Origin: Octopus bimaculoides
Lineage: Eukaryota
Direction: 5' to 3'
NCBI RefSeq assembly: GCF_001194135.2
Contig: NC_068985.1
Span: 16,352,275-16,416,274, forward strand
DNA length: 64,000 bases
Below, one piece after another: positions 26,440 to 39,711 of the stretch. Under the pieces are notes generated by a model. It ran no database searches and was not told the origin of the DNA. It saw only the letters and a program-made list of their open reading frames with translations. The number at the start of each line of letters is the position of its first letter. Within the stretch, counting starts at the first letter, position 1. Position numbers and translations under genes: made by a program.

Positions 26440-27960
26440 GCCATGTCATGGATCGGCTATCGTAATGCGTCCGATATGATCCCACATTCTTGGATTATGG
26501 AGTATATGAAACTGTTTGGGATTGCATCGAATGTTGAGCGATTGCTCGGAAAAAGTATGGCGAATTGAGGGACAAACCTGACAGCATACGGAAGATGTTT
26601 AGGGACAGTAGAAATTAGGAGGGGCATCTTCCAAGGGCACTGCCTGTCCCCACTGATCTTTGTACTGTACTTGATACCACTAACACTGAGTCTGAGGAAA
26701 GCAAAAGCTGGGTATGTATTCAAAAGCCGCCAACAAAAAGTTATTATAACAAACCATTTGTTATCCATGGATGACCTCGAACTTTATGGTAAAGATGAAG
26801 CCCAAGTCAGTTCCCTCGTTGATACGGTGTATACCTTCAGTGCTGATATCAGAATGGAGTTCGGACTGAGAAAGTGTGGTGTGTTAGTCTTGGAGAGAAG
26901 TAAAATCAAATGTATAGACAGGCTAACGATACCGTCGGGGGAGGTTATGAAGCAGATAGAAGAGACGGGCTATAAATACTTGGAGATTTAGGAAATGGAT
27001 AAATTGATGGAGAAAGAAATGAGAGAAAAATTTAAGGTGGAGTACTTGCGCAGACTGAGACTGATCCTTAAGTCGAAATTAAACGGATGGAATAAGATCG
27101 AAGCTATCAACACCTGGGCGGTTTCACTCCTTAGATATGGAGCAGGGGTAATCGCATGGACAGTAGACGAACTAAACAGCTTAGACAGAAAGACAAAGAA
27201 GTTACAAACTAGATATGGGTCATCCCACCCAAAAAGTGACACAGACAGACTGTATGGACCACGAAAAAGAGGGGGAAGAGGACTTATTGGATGCAAACAC
27301 AGCATTAGAGCAGAAGAAAACAACATCGCTTGGTAGGTAAAAAATGCCACAGAACCGCTATAATTAGAAGTAAGAAGGATTTGTTGTGGGACTTTAACAT
27401 TCAGATTGACATAGTAATAGAAGCTAGAAGGCCTGATTTAGTAGTAGTAGATAAAGAGAATAGAAAGTGCCAGATAATTGACTTTACAAACCCAAATGAT
27501 GAAAAAATCAATATGAGAGGTATAGAAAAAATAACAAAGTACTAGGACTTAGCTATTGAATTACAGAGACTATGGAGAGTGCGGGTAAAATGTATCTCAA
27601 TAGTTATAGGTGCATTGAGAACTATCCCTAAAGATCTGAACAGATGGATAGAGAAAATAGGCATAAAACCCAGTTTAGTACAGCTCCAGAAAACAGTGTT
27701 ATTAGGGACAGCTAAGATACTTAGAGAGAAAAGAGCAGATTGTAGGGGCGTAGAATTTCCAAACGAAGAGAGAATGGAAGATCCGGATGATAATGAGTAC
27801 CTTGGGATACTGGAGCTGGTCAATATCTTGCATAGAGAAATGAAAGACAAGCTCATCACTGCATATTTCAAGCGCCTCAAACTTCACTTGAAATCAAAAC
27901 TCAACTCAAGGAACTTTGTGACTGTCATCAACATATGGGCTATTGTTGTAGTCCGCTACT
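26440..27960 (+). mobile_element. Older, internally deleted/chimeric R4/Dong-clade element (RT + RLE fragments)
   Basis: GIFQGHCLSPL, NHLLSMDDLELY, YKYL, RRLRLILKSKLNGWNKIEAINTWAV, HPKSDTDRLY, then WDFNIQ..RPDLVV..IIDF, followed by a second RT piece (YLGIL...LKSKLNSRN). Confidence 0.85.
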
Positions 27961-28339
27961 GTGCATTTACTAAAATGAGCTCCGGTCTTAGAGACTGTGT
28001 GACAAGTACTAAATGGCAATCAAAACCAGCTCCACATGATGAAAGGGAGACAGTCTCAAGAAGCAAGAGTTTTCCAAAGTTGACATGCCTTAAATGAAAA
28101 GGACAGACATAGTGTCGAGAGATAAGAAGACAGTGGTGAACATGTTTCTACTACAATAGGTGTCGTTAGCGCGACGATTGTCCTTCCCTAGCTCCAGCAG
28201 CCAAGGAACATGGTAATATACATAAAGAATAGAACATATTTATGGCCTAGAAAATTTTCATAAATTAAACAAAAAATGGAGCTAAAAGAAATAATTACAC
28301 ATAAAACAAATATATACACATATGTGTGTGTGTATGGAT

Positions 28340-28340
28340 A

Positions 28341-28432
<92 letters not shown>

Positions 28433-28506
28433 TACATACATACATATATATGTATATATACATACATACATACATATATGCATATATATACATACATATT
28501 TATATA

Positions 28507-28555
<49 letters not shown>

Positions 28556-28660
28556 GTATATATATATATATATATATACATATATATACGCATACATATA
28601 TATATGCATGTATATACGTGTGTGTATGTATGTATACATGTATCTATGTATATATGTATG
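28340..28660. repeat. Compound (TA)n/(GATA)n/(TACA)n microsatellite
   Basis: Direct read. Confidence 0.95.
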
Positions 28661-29085
28661 TATGTATGTATGCACATTAATGTTTGCCTATATGCTAAGT
28701 TACATGTCAATACAATTTGAAGCAACATCTGGATTCATCAGATTATGTTCAAAGACTGCAATATGCAGTGGGACTTCATGACTTTTGGTTCACTCTATAC
28801 ATAAACGGAGATTATAAAACAGAATAAGAAACAATGACAACAAATCTATGAACAATCTATCAATCACAAAGAGAGAGAGAGAGGGGGAGGGAGGGAGTGA
28901 GGTGGGTGGTAGTAAAGATATGTGCATAAGGATAAAATTAATGAAAAATAGAAAAGGTGCAGATAATTACAATGATAACAGTAATGAGATTATAAGTGTA
29001 GATTCTATGATGGTGGGGAAATACAATATATGTAAAAATACGAATAAAATAAAACTGAATTCAAAAGAAAACAGACCCTAGTGAT

Positions 29086-29149
<64 letters not shown>

Positions 29150-29820
29150 NNNNNNNNNNNNNNNNNNNNNNNNNNNNNNNNNNNNNNNNNNNNNNNNNNN
29201 NNNNNNNNNNNNNNNNNNNNNNNNNNNNNNNNNNNNNNNNNNNNNNNNNNNNNNNNNNNNNNNNNNNNNNNNNNNNNNNNNNNNNNNNNNNNNNNNNNNN
29301 NNNNNNNNNNNNNNNNNNNNNNNNNNNNNNNNNNNNNNNNNNNNNNNNNNNNNNNNNNNNNNNNNNNNNNNNNNNNNNNNNNNNNNNNNNNNNNNNNNNN
29401 NNNNNNNNNNNNNNNNNNNNNNNNNNNNNNNNNNNNNNNNNNNNNNNNNNNNNNNNNNNNNNNNNNNNNNNNNNNNNNNNNNNNNNNNNNNNNNNNNNNN
29501 NNNNNNNNNNNNNNNNNNNNNNNNNNNNTATCAGCTTTGTTTGGAAAATGAAGGAAGGTAGTTTGAACATTTGCGAACACGCAGGAATGAGAGAGAACAT
29601 TAAATAATTCTAAATGAGAATAAATAATCGTTTCTACAACAATTTATTTTCCTGAATTTACTTTAACTTTTTAGGATTGTATGTATATCAATAAACATCT
29701 ACTTGAACACAAAATGCATGAGTACTGAGAAGTCAAAGAGTGAGTACATCTTTTTGGGACACCCTGTATATATATATATATATATGTGTAGAAATACTCC
29801 TTGCAAGCACGTAAGGTGTA

Positions 29821-32440
29821 CCGTATTTTACTCGGCTATAAGTCGCACTTTTTTCCCCTGAAATTTTCACCTAAAGTTGGAGATGCGACTTATTAGCACA
29901 TCCTATAAAAAAAAAATGTTCACATATTTTCTAGGTACAAGCCACGTCTGAAGTTCCGACACTTAGAATAACCAAAAACACCCGATTCGCTAATTCCGAA
30001 GCCGAGAAGTATACGGAAGACGATCTTTAGATATTTCTTTATATATTTCTTGGTGGAGATGGAGTATATGTAATCTGGGTATACCCCCACTTTTAAATTT
30101 TGTTTTTTTTTACGGAATCCTATGTTTCAGACCATGGAGAATCCGATTCTGGAAAAAAATTTTCAAAAATCTCAATTTCAAAATTTCGATCCCCCCCCCC
30201 CGGTTTTTATATAGATCCACAGGGTAAACCTAACCCTAACTCAAACCCTAACCCTAACCCTAACCCTGACCCTAACCCTAACCCTAACCCTAAACCTAAA
30301 CCTAACCCTAACACTAGTTTTGTGAGATTTGGCTGTTATTTCTAGCATGTAAATAGCCTGCTTGGTGGGGGGAGGGGAATTGAAATTTTTCAAAAATTTT
30401 TTTTTCAGAATCGGAATCTCCATAGCCTAAAACGTGGGATTCCGTAAAAAAAATTAATAAATAAGGGGGGGGGAGGTTCAGATTACATATAGTCCATCTC
30501 TACCTATTCCTTTACTTCTATTAATATGAAATAAACGATTTAATTTTTAAAAAGTTTAATGCTTGTTTGTTTTTGCACTGTGCCTTTTATTTGCTAACAT
30601 GAAGAGATGCCGTGTTATTTGTTAACATGAGGCGAAAGAGAAAGTCGTATGATATCACTTTCAAGCTGAAAGTTGCTGAATACTCGAAATTGCATTCGAA
30701 TCGAGCTGCAGAAAGCGAATTCGGAGTCTCGGGGAAAATGGTCAGGGATTGGCGTTCGAAAGAGGAGAAAATGAAATCAGTTGACATCAAATTGTTACAG
30801 AAAATTGGGATAGGAATGAGTCCCAAGGAGGAGATGGAGACTATTTTGAGAGACTGGGTGACTGAACTACGCACTTGGCGTCACAAGAAACCTCATTAGA
30901 TTTCGGGCTCTCCAAGTGACTAAAGAACATGGTATATCCGACTTTAAAGCATCTCCTGGCTGGTGTACGAGGTTTATGAAACGCCACAATCTTACGCTGA
31001 GACAGCGGACTCATATTGCATAGAAATTACCCGCCGACGTAGAGAACAAAGCTGATTCCTTCCAACGGTATGTAATAAGACCTACGAAAAAGTCACGAGT
31101 TTGCCTTGGAAGCAATCGGTAATATGGACAAGACATCCCATTATTTCGATATGGTTGTATATCGGACAGTCGACGTTAAAGGGAAAAACTACGGGGAGTG
31201 ACAAGGCTCACTTCACCGCAATTTTGGCTTGTGTAGCTGACAGTACGAAACTTACCCCGGCTATTGTTTTCAAAAGAAGGACTTTCCCGATAGTGAAGTT
31301 TCCGAAGGGCATGATGGTGTACGTTCATGAGAAAGGGTGGGTGGATGAAACCGTATTGATGAACTGGTTAAACAACGTGTGGTTCAAGTGCCCAGGGGCT
31401 ATGCTAAAAGTCGCTTCTTATATGGGATATATTCAGGGCTCATCTGATCGACAGCATAAAAAATAGATTAAAAGAGTATCGTACCTACCAGGCTGTGATT
31501 CCAGGTGGATGTACATCTGTGCTTCAGCCACTCGACGTGTCGGTGAACAAGCCTTTTAAGGTGAACATGCGTGCCAAGTGGAATGAATAGATGATTAATG
31601 GTGACAAGGAAATGACAACGGTTGTAAACTTAAAACGCCCTGACCTCAAGATTGTTTGCCAGTGGGTGATAGATTCATGGGCTGAAATACCGTGTGAACT
31701 TGTGGTGAAATTATTTTTGCAGTGCAGGATCTCAAATTCCATGGATGGTACGGAAGACGATGAGCTATATAATGACATCGTCTGTGCTAGAAATGTTAGC
31801 CCCAGTGCTTCATCAGTTAAGGAAGATTAGACAAGTGAAGACGCAGATTAGGGTGTATACGACGAGACCATCACAACCGAGGAGTTTTACCAGTTATTTG
31901 GTGAAAGTGATGATGAAAATGATGATTAGTATAACTCGATTTTTCCTTCATTTAATCTTCGATTTTTGTCACAATATTTTATACACTTCCTTACAATTTA
32001 AAACAGTTTATTGTATTTTTTTCCAACCGGAGCACGTATGACTGCATGGTTTTGTGTGTCAGATGCTGCAAAAGTGTCCTAATAATGAAAGGGCATAAAT
32101 CAAAAAGTAAAGGGAAAGTATCGAGGCAATTAAGTTTCAATACGATAAACAAATCAACTAGAGTTATCAAGGATAAAATTTTACATTATAAACAACGGTT
32201 TCTAAAATGCATGGACTTAATGGGATAACAGTTGTTGTAAGTCATCTTCAGCTTACTGAAAGCTCGCTTACCGAACAACAACTATGTCAGCACGATTCCT
32301 AATCAAACTTTGCTCTCCAACATCAGAAAAGTTGCTGCAACATCAGAAAAGTCGGGTCAATGATAAAATTCCCGATTTGAACCTTGTAATTCAGGGGTGC
32401 GTCTTGTAGACAAGGGTGTTTTATAGTCGAGTATATACGG
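29821..32440 (+). mobile_element. pogo/Tc2-type (POGK-like) DNA transposon, decayed
   Basis: TA|ccgtattttactcggctataag ... tatagtcgagtatatacgg|TA termini. Brinker-type DBD KRKSYDITFKLKVAEY...VRDWR, CENP-B-like HTH and DDE_1 fragments (GNMDKT, KGWVD, QPLDVSVNKPFK). Confidence 0.88.
30053..30502. mobile_element. ~450-bp foldback with ~150-bp arms enclosing a (CCCTAA)n array, inside the pogo element
   Basis: gagatggagtatatgtaatctg...tttacggaatcc...ggagaatccgattctg mirrored by cagaatcggaatctcc...ggattccgtaaa...cagattacatatagtccatctc; array at ~30228-30311. Confidence 0.8.
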
Positions 32441-33303
32441 TACTCTCGCATAAGATGCCCTCTTATTTTACAAGTATATTTGGTGGGGGAGGGAACAAAT
32501 TTCGTATGTTTCATCACACACCTATTGAAAGGTATTTTAAAGTAGTTTTGTAGGGAAAATGCACGATTTTGTGAATATAAACAAAATACTGTAAGAGTAT
32601 TCTGGAATACAGTATGAAACTGTAAATGCATCATATATAAACTACATTATACGAGTATTGTAGTTCAACCTTATCTTTATTCAGATCATTTGTGTAATTG
32701 TTTATATTTGGCCAAAAACTGCCATACAAAATCTAAAACACGTTTTTTTTTTTAATTATTATAATGCTTTGAGTTACTGCGAAGGGCCACCAGGGTAGCA
32801 GACCATCACTATGATTTTGTCATCTAGTCACTACAAATAGCTGACAGGCGGATGAAAGTTTAACATTCCTTATATCTTTCTTGGAGAACTTTTTTTTTTT
32901 ATTTAGGTAATTAAAAAATGTTTCTTAAAGGTAAAGCAGTCATTAAATAATGTAATAAGGTGTAGGTTATGTAAAATGAGATAATGTGACCTCTTCACAT
33001 AACTGCTAACGTTTTGTGCCAACGTATTGCAGGCGATTGTTCTTAAATTTGTGTTCACAGATTGTGAAAGTTGGGCTTGTTTTCAATATTGCATTATCAG
33101 TAATAATAATTAAGTCTGGCGAATTTATGCACATCCTGCTCCCTACAAAACTCGCCTTCCGTGCCTAAAATGGCCGCATTAGACGCAGAACAATTTTTTG
33201 ATACATTCAAAATTTAAAGGGCGCATCTTATAAACCGGCGAATACAGTAGGTATGTATTTATGTATGTGGACAGATAGATAGATAGATAGATAGACAGGA
33301 AGG

Positions 33304-33334
<31 letters not shown>

Positions 33335-34105
33335 GGATGTTGATATAATTTCAATTGCTGAAATATCGTTATAAACTAAGCGTGTACAAAACGATAGCAT
33401 CATATCGTTCTCTCGTTACATAAATGTGTATAGAAAGGTAAGTATTCAGAAATGATGGCAATATTGTTCATGTTCAAGTGTTCGGTATTATCAATTTACG
33501 TGAGAAGTGAATAATCTCCGCTCTTTGTCCTTTAAGAGTGACAAACAAACAGTTTTGTTGTTTATGGTTTGTTTGTTTTTTACCGTATCGTAGTACTTAT
33601 GTTGCTTCTTTGTGTTTTTGAGTTCGAATCCTGCTAAAATTGGCTTTGCTTTTCATCCTTCCGTGGTCGATAATTCAAAGTATCAGTTCAGTATTCAAAT
33701 TGATATAATCGATTGTTCTCTTCTCTAAAGATGTCTGGTGCGTATGTAAGAAATCGTTATTTCTTTTGACAATTCTTCCAAAATATATATATATATTTTT
33801 TTTTTTGCTTCATTTATTTCTGGTTGTCTCAACGATTTCAAAATATATCAGAAAGGTTAAATATTTTCAATTGTTAAATCTCACAATTTGGTGAATTAAT
33901 TTTTTTTTTTTTTTTTTTTTCGAAATCATGAACACAAAAATGTTTTTACATGAACTTTTTAATAAACCTATTAAGAAATTTTTTCCAGATAAAATTAATT
34001 AAAATATGTAACTGATTTTCCAAACTTATTGAATGTAATTTTATCTCCTTGCAGTAAGTGATTCAAAAAGATAAAAGGTAAATTAGTTGTCTTGGAATTA
34101 AAATT

Positions 34106-34972
34106 TCATGCGTTTATATTAACTGCAAAAATATTTATTTTATCTTTTCTTTTTAGTAAAAGTTTCATTTCTTCTCTGAATAAACGACCAGCCACCATGT
34201 ACAAAACGAAATTAAATGCGTTGTTAAAGCCAGATATTAGAACATAAATATTGTGTGAATTTTCAAACTTTATTTTACTGGCGAAGGAAAATATGATTGA
34301 AGGCGGAAGAGTACAAATTAGAAACATTATATTTATTGCCAACACCAAATAAACCGTGTTATGTTGGGGTGATGTGTCTCTGGAAATGGGACGGTGGTAT
34401 ATAGTGTTGATGATGATAATGTTACATATAACCAATATTATAGCTGGTAAAAAACTATAGATCGTACTATTAAGTATGAGGTTTATCAGATTGTTCGAAT
34501 TAATATATATCTCGTGTTTCATGAAGACAAAGCTGTTATAAACAATGCTAATGATTATTAGAACCCCAGCCATTATAATGAGACTGATGATTTGGGGTTT
34601 ATAACCCTTAGGAAGTATCCTGAGAACTGAAAATGGTCGGGACAAAGCAAACATCCTGTGGACTGTAATCATAACTGTAATCCATGAAGAAAACGCCCGG
34701 GAAAAGTTAGCAATGATCCAAATGACTATGTTTAAGTTTTTATTTATATTTTCTCTTCGTATGTTGAATGTTCCAAGCATTATGTCGAGGAGTGTGGTAT
34801 GAAGTACGATTAGATCATTGAAACAGAGTACAATTAAATAGAGTCCAATATTCATACTTCTTAGTTTTTTTCTACAAAGCACTACCAGAGAAAAAATGTT
34901 GCCAAGTGTACCGATGACAATCATAACTGCTGCAATAACGATTGACGCTTGATTTAGCCGAGAACTATCCAT
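34106..34972 (-). CDS. Single-exon class A GPCR (paralog 2), FMRFamide-receptor/srw-like, candidate chemoreceptor
   Basis: 288-aa intact ORF with seven hydrophobic segments; GTLGN (TM1), CFND (TM2), VHRMF (TM3), YSFLP (TM5), FLICTLP (TM6), NFVLY (TM7), GRLFREEMK (helix 8). Confidence 0.9.
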   Translation of the reverse strand: MDSSRLNQASIVIAAVMIVIGTLGNIFSLVVLCRKKLRSMNIGLYLIVLCFNDLIVLHTTLLDIMLGTFNIRRENINKNLNIVIWIIANFSRAFSSWITVMITVHRMFALSRPFSVLRILPKGYKPQIISLIIMAGVLIIISIVYNSFVFMKHEIYINSNNLINLILNSTIYSFLPAIILVICNIIIINTIYHRPISRDTSPQHNTVYLVLAINIMFLICTLPPSIIFSFASKIKFENSHNIYVLISGFNNAFNFVLYMVAGRLFREEMKLLLKRKDKINIFAVNINA

Positions 34973-37319
34973 AACTATCAGATATAATGAACAGAGTTGT
35001 TCTTTTCTGCTCAGTTTTTGTGTTAACGCTTTCTTTTGATCCGTATGATTGCAGAAATTTTACTATGCTTGTTGGTATTTATACGGAAGTAAAACGAAAA
35101 TAGGAAAACAATTATAGACTGGAAAAATTAATTAAAATTCGATATGATATTATTAGCAATCGTATATCATACAACACAAAATACATCCTAATACATAAGT
35201 AGTTTCAGGAAAACTTTTTGTTAGAGATCAGAAGATATACATGGAGAGGTATCTTCATTTACTAGTTCTTTACTAGGTCTTTATTTTTACTTCGTTTTTT
35301 TTTTTTTCTTAAGGATAATTAGAAGAATTATGCTTATACCAATTCATTATTATCTTCAAAGGAACAGGCAGTATTTTTTCTTCCTAATTTCTTTTTAATA
35401 CTCTCAGTATTTTTTCTTTTCTTAACTACAATACCTAACTTATTGAATGAGACATCTGCTCGTCTAATCGATGACAATTCGTATTAAAAATCTTTTTCTT
35501 TCTATGATACAAACATAAAGAACTGTTTTAGCATATATGTGGTGACTTTATGGCATTGTCTTTGTTCCGTTTATAATGACTAAGTTATTAATTTCCCCTG
35601 CGTTATTAAGAGCCATTTTTTATCAATGTGCTCAGGGTACTAACATGCTATCTTAAAAATATCGCTTTGTCAGTGGCATGAGATTTGCTATATAGGTATT
35701 ATTCAGAGTGTATTTATGCATTTATGCGTAGAACTAAAAAGGTAAATGGCAAAGTACATGAAACTGAGAAAGTCCAATGACTGTTAAAAGTAAAAAATAA
35801 AAAATAAAAGACAGTGTCATCATCTGTAGCGGATGAAAAAATGGAGTCAGGTCCTTTCTCCAAGAATCTAAATTTAGCCAACTTTCATGCAAACGGATTA
35901 GTACATAACCTATTGCCACAATAATAATAATAATGAGTATAGGCCCTTATTTAATGATCCATAAATGCTTTCCTCCCCCTGTGCTTTCTTTAACACATTC
36001 TTGGTCAAGTGGACAGTTGACTTACAAAACTAAGCAAGTTTTTCCTTTTGTAGTCCTTTTATTTGGTTGTTTTATCCTTGCGCATGTTTATATATATCTG
36101 TATATATATGTATGTAAGCATCTATGCATGTGTGTATATATGTATATTCCTAGTATTTTGTAGGAATTAGCAATTATGTTTTCTACCCAATGGAAATTTC
36201 AAAATATTAGAATGAAATATTTAGACAGCCAGAACACATCGTTACAATATAGAAAATTAGTTAAGAATTAATTGAAAGATAGGTAGGGAACCAACTTTGC
36301 CAAATGCCAAAAATTTGTCGCCGTCAATTCACGTTGCTTATTTATAACTTTTTTTGCTTGAGTTACACCGTTCTAGCATATATATATATATATANNNNNN
36401 NNNNNNNNNNNNNNNNNNNNNNNNNNNNNNNNNNNNNNNNNNNNNNNNNNNNNNNNNNNNNNNNNNNNNNNNNNNNNNNNNNNNNNNNNNNNNNNNNNNN
36501 NNNNNNNNNNNNNNNNNNNNNNNNNNNNNNNNNNNNNNNNNNNNNNNNNNNNNNNNNNNNNNNNNNNNNNNNNNNNNNNNNNNNNNNNNNNNNNNNNNNN
36601 NNNNNNNNNNNNNNNNNNNNNNNNNNNNNNNNNNNNNNNNNNNNNNNNNNNNNNNNNNNNNNNNNNNNNNNNNNNNNNNNNNNNNNNNNNNNNNNNNNNN
36701 NNNNNNNNNNNNNNNNNNNNNNNNNNNNNAAAAATAAGGTACTCAGATATCTGGATGGTTGTACATTTACAGATTTTTATTAATATGTCACATGTTTTTA
36801 TAAATTAGCGCTTGCATCTATTCTTGTAGATTCTCCAGATTTAATTTTTCTTCAGAGGATTTGTCTCTTTTTATAGTAATATTGAATGTGTAGGGGTGGA
36901 GAGAGATATATGGGATAGTAAAAGAGGGTGAGGAATGGGGGGAAAGTGAGAGAGTGTGTGTGTGTGTGTATCTGAAAGGAGTGTCAATGGGAAAGAGAAG
37001 GAAAGGTGAAAGAAGAAAATTGCGTTTACAGCTGGTCAGTTCTTTCAATGACAAGTTGATTCTTGGCGTATTGCTATCTCATGTACAATAATTTTTTACG
37101 TTTTTTTTTTTTATCTACTTACATGAATGTTTACTTTCACCGGGTCTCATTTTGTGTATGTTCCGAATTTAGATTGTTCCTAGTTTTTCATTAGCTCTTC
37201 TCCTCTAAATTAAATGAATTGTACTATATGAACCAAACCTGTAGCTATTTTCTAATTCACAGTAAATAACACTTTTTTATTTCTACCCGGTTTCGCTTGG
37301 GTATGTCCTTAATTTATAT

Positions 37320-37560
37320 GGTATGTCCTTCTTCAGCCAGCTGGTCATGCTACTTCAGGCTGATGACGAGCAAAAACTCAGAAACATGTCCCTGAATGCA
37401 AGCTAGGCTGGGTGGAGGAGCTTGTCTCCCCCTCGTAAACGTAAGGACACAGGAAATGTGTCAAGGCCGACAGGAAGCGGTCCAGCTTCCTAGGGCTAAA
37501 TAGCAGTAGTATATTCCCTTATTGGGACTGTCACATTAAGTTGACAGTATACAACTACTT
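37320..37560 (+). mobile_element. Penelope-like/retrozyme-type terminal repeat remnant
   Basis: Carries a minimal hammerhead motif. Its distal part (cttcctagggctaaatagcagtagt...gacagtatacaactac) recurs as the arm of the 47841-47996 palindrome. Confidence 0.55.
37354..37396 (+). ncRNA. Minimal type I hammerhead ribozyme motif
   Basis: ttcagg-CTGATGA-c-gag(caaaaa)ctc-a-GAAA-CATG-TC-cctgaa: 6-bp helix I, full catalytic core, short helix II, palindromic ACATGT helix III, GUC cleavage triplet at 37388-37390. Confidence 0.7.
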
Positions 37561-37795
37561 TATCGCATCACTACTGCTTAAGTCTCTCTGAGAGATTTAG
37601 AAATGTATTATTTCTAATATTTATGTGTGTGTATCCATGTATTTTTTCATTGTGTACAAATAACACGGAAAAATAAATAAATATTTACCAGGGTAGCAAA
37701 AATTCATATAAGTACGAAGGGCGTAACGGCCTACTTATAAAGGTAGAAATTCCAGGGTTTAGTGAAATGTTTTTGTATAACATATATAAATAAAT

Positions 37796-37893
37796 AAATG
37801 GAGTTAAACGCAGGTGTTATTCAAACCTTTATACTTCCGACATATGTCCCGAAAGTATAAAGATTTGAATAGCACCCGCGTTTAACTCCATTT
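37796..37893. mobile_element. 98-bp palindromic MITE
   Basis: aaatggagttaaacgcaggtgttattcaaacctttatactt mirrored with 3 mismatches around gacatatgtc; partial copy near 16661. Confidence 0.75.
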
Positions 37894-39711
37894 ATATATA
37901 TAGCTGAAGGATTAAAATTAATCAAAGGACATACTAAGTATATCTACCTGCTGGAAATAACAATCAAAACTCTTATTTAAATCGCTGAAAAAAATTTTAT
38001 CCTTCAGTTATTTAATGCTTTTTTTTTTTTTGAGCCTGCAGTCGCCTATGTTATTGATTCTGTTATTATCATTTTTAATTGTTACACTAGATAATAACAG
38101 AATCAATAATATCTTCGCAAATATTTTCTCCTGAATTATTTGTTCCGTATTGAAATATATATATACATACATACNNNNNNNNNNNNNNNNNNNNNNNNNN
38201 NNNNNNNNNNNNNNNNNNNNNNNNNNNNNNNNNNNNNNNNNNNNNNNNNNNNNNNNNNNNNNNNNNNNNNNNNNNNNNNNNNNNNNNNNNNNNNNNNNNN
38301 NNNNNNNNNNNNNNNNNNNNNNNNNNNNNNNNNNNNNNNNNNNNNNNNNNNNNNNNNNNNNNNNNNNNNNNNNNNNNNNNNNNNNNNNNNNNNNNNNNNN
38401 NNNNNCTTTGACAATCCCGGAGCGTATTGAACTTATTTTGTGCGTGACTTTTTGCCAATCCTGTATTAATTGAAAAAAGTTCGAAATAGCCACTACTCCT
38501 AGTTTCAAAGACCTTACAAGCTTCATTAACGATTAACAGTTCTTAATGGTGTGTGTCTCAAAGAGTTCTGACGGATTCGGAACCAAGCTGCCAATATAGA
38601 CCTTTCCGAGAACTTCTTACTCGTTGGCGTTCGCTTCAGAAAGTTATATTACCATTTGTAAACTGAAATTCAGAAAATAATCTGCTATTCTTGATTAAGT
38701 TTCTTTACATCTCATTTGTTAAACTCTTTCTTCGAATATAACACTTCAATTTTTTTTTTATGTATATAGTATCTCTGGGTAATTTCCTCACTGTCTTATA
38801 TTCTAAACATTGCTAATTTTTTACACTTATACGTGTACATTGTTACACATATACTTTAAAATCTTCTCAACACTAATTTGGATAGTACATGGGAGTATGT
38901 GCTTTCTTGAAATCTAATAATAATTAAACATGTCCAGAATTATCTCCTGTATTTGAAGAAATGGTTAAACTATTAGCCGTTGAACAGATGCTGTATTTTC
39001 TCTTTCGCAGATGAACAAATAATTCATGTTCACTTCTAAATAGGCGTAATATTCTTTCCAAACACACCTTCCGACTGGTATAACATGGCAGACGGACGAA
39101 GCATACACTACATCGAGAACTTTGAGTATTTGGACATAGTCCTAAAGAAACTCATATTCGTAAAACAAATAACGTCGTTTACTGACCTTTTGACATGTCC
39201 AAATCAACATCAATTTTTTTTTATCAACAGAAGACAAATATTCCATTTTGAAATGCGTTTCTCCACTGGAGATATTTGTCTTTTGTGCCACCGGTGTTTT
39301 GTTTTGCTTTGTTTTTTGCGTGTTGTTTTTTCTTTTGTTTTCTTTTCTTTTTCTCTTTGCCGGCTTGGTTAAGATGAAATGACCATTTGATGGGCAATGG
39401 AACTGTAGTAAGACTTGCCGGGGGATTATTTCTTAAATAAAATTATTTTTAAAATATACGATGGTGAAACATTTCATTTGACCTTTAGACGATTATTCAA
39501 ACGCAAAATAATTTGAAAATAAATTTCAGAACATTCTAAATTGTATTCATATTATGTTTTTATTAAAATTCCTTCCATAAAAGAATAATTTACTACATCT
39601 GATAGATTTACACATCCATATTAAATAGATATTTCACATTATCCAATTATTTACTTGTTCAAAAACGAATGCAATAATAAAGGGTTAACAGCGAAATCAT
39701 AGGATTCTCAA

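Noticed and set aside
23216-28781. ORFs rich in YI/CV/HT or poly-L/I/Y repeats
   Set aside because: Translations of (TA)n, (TG)n and (TAA)n microsatellites.
32436-33247. Possible second pogo-family non-autonomous element abutting the first
   Set aside because: Only the right TIR (cttataaaccggcgaatacagta) is convincing; the left end is too degenerate to call.
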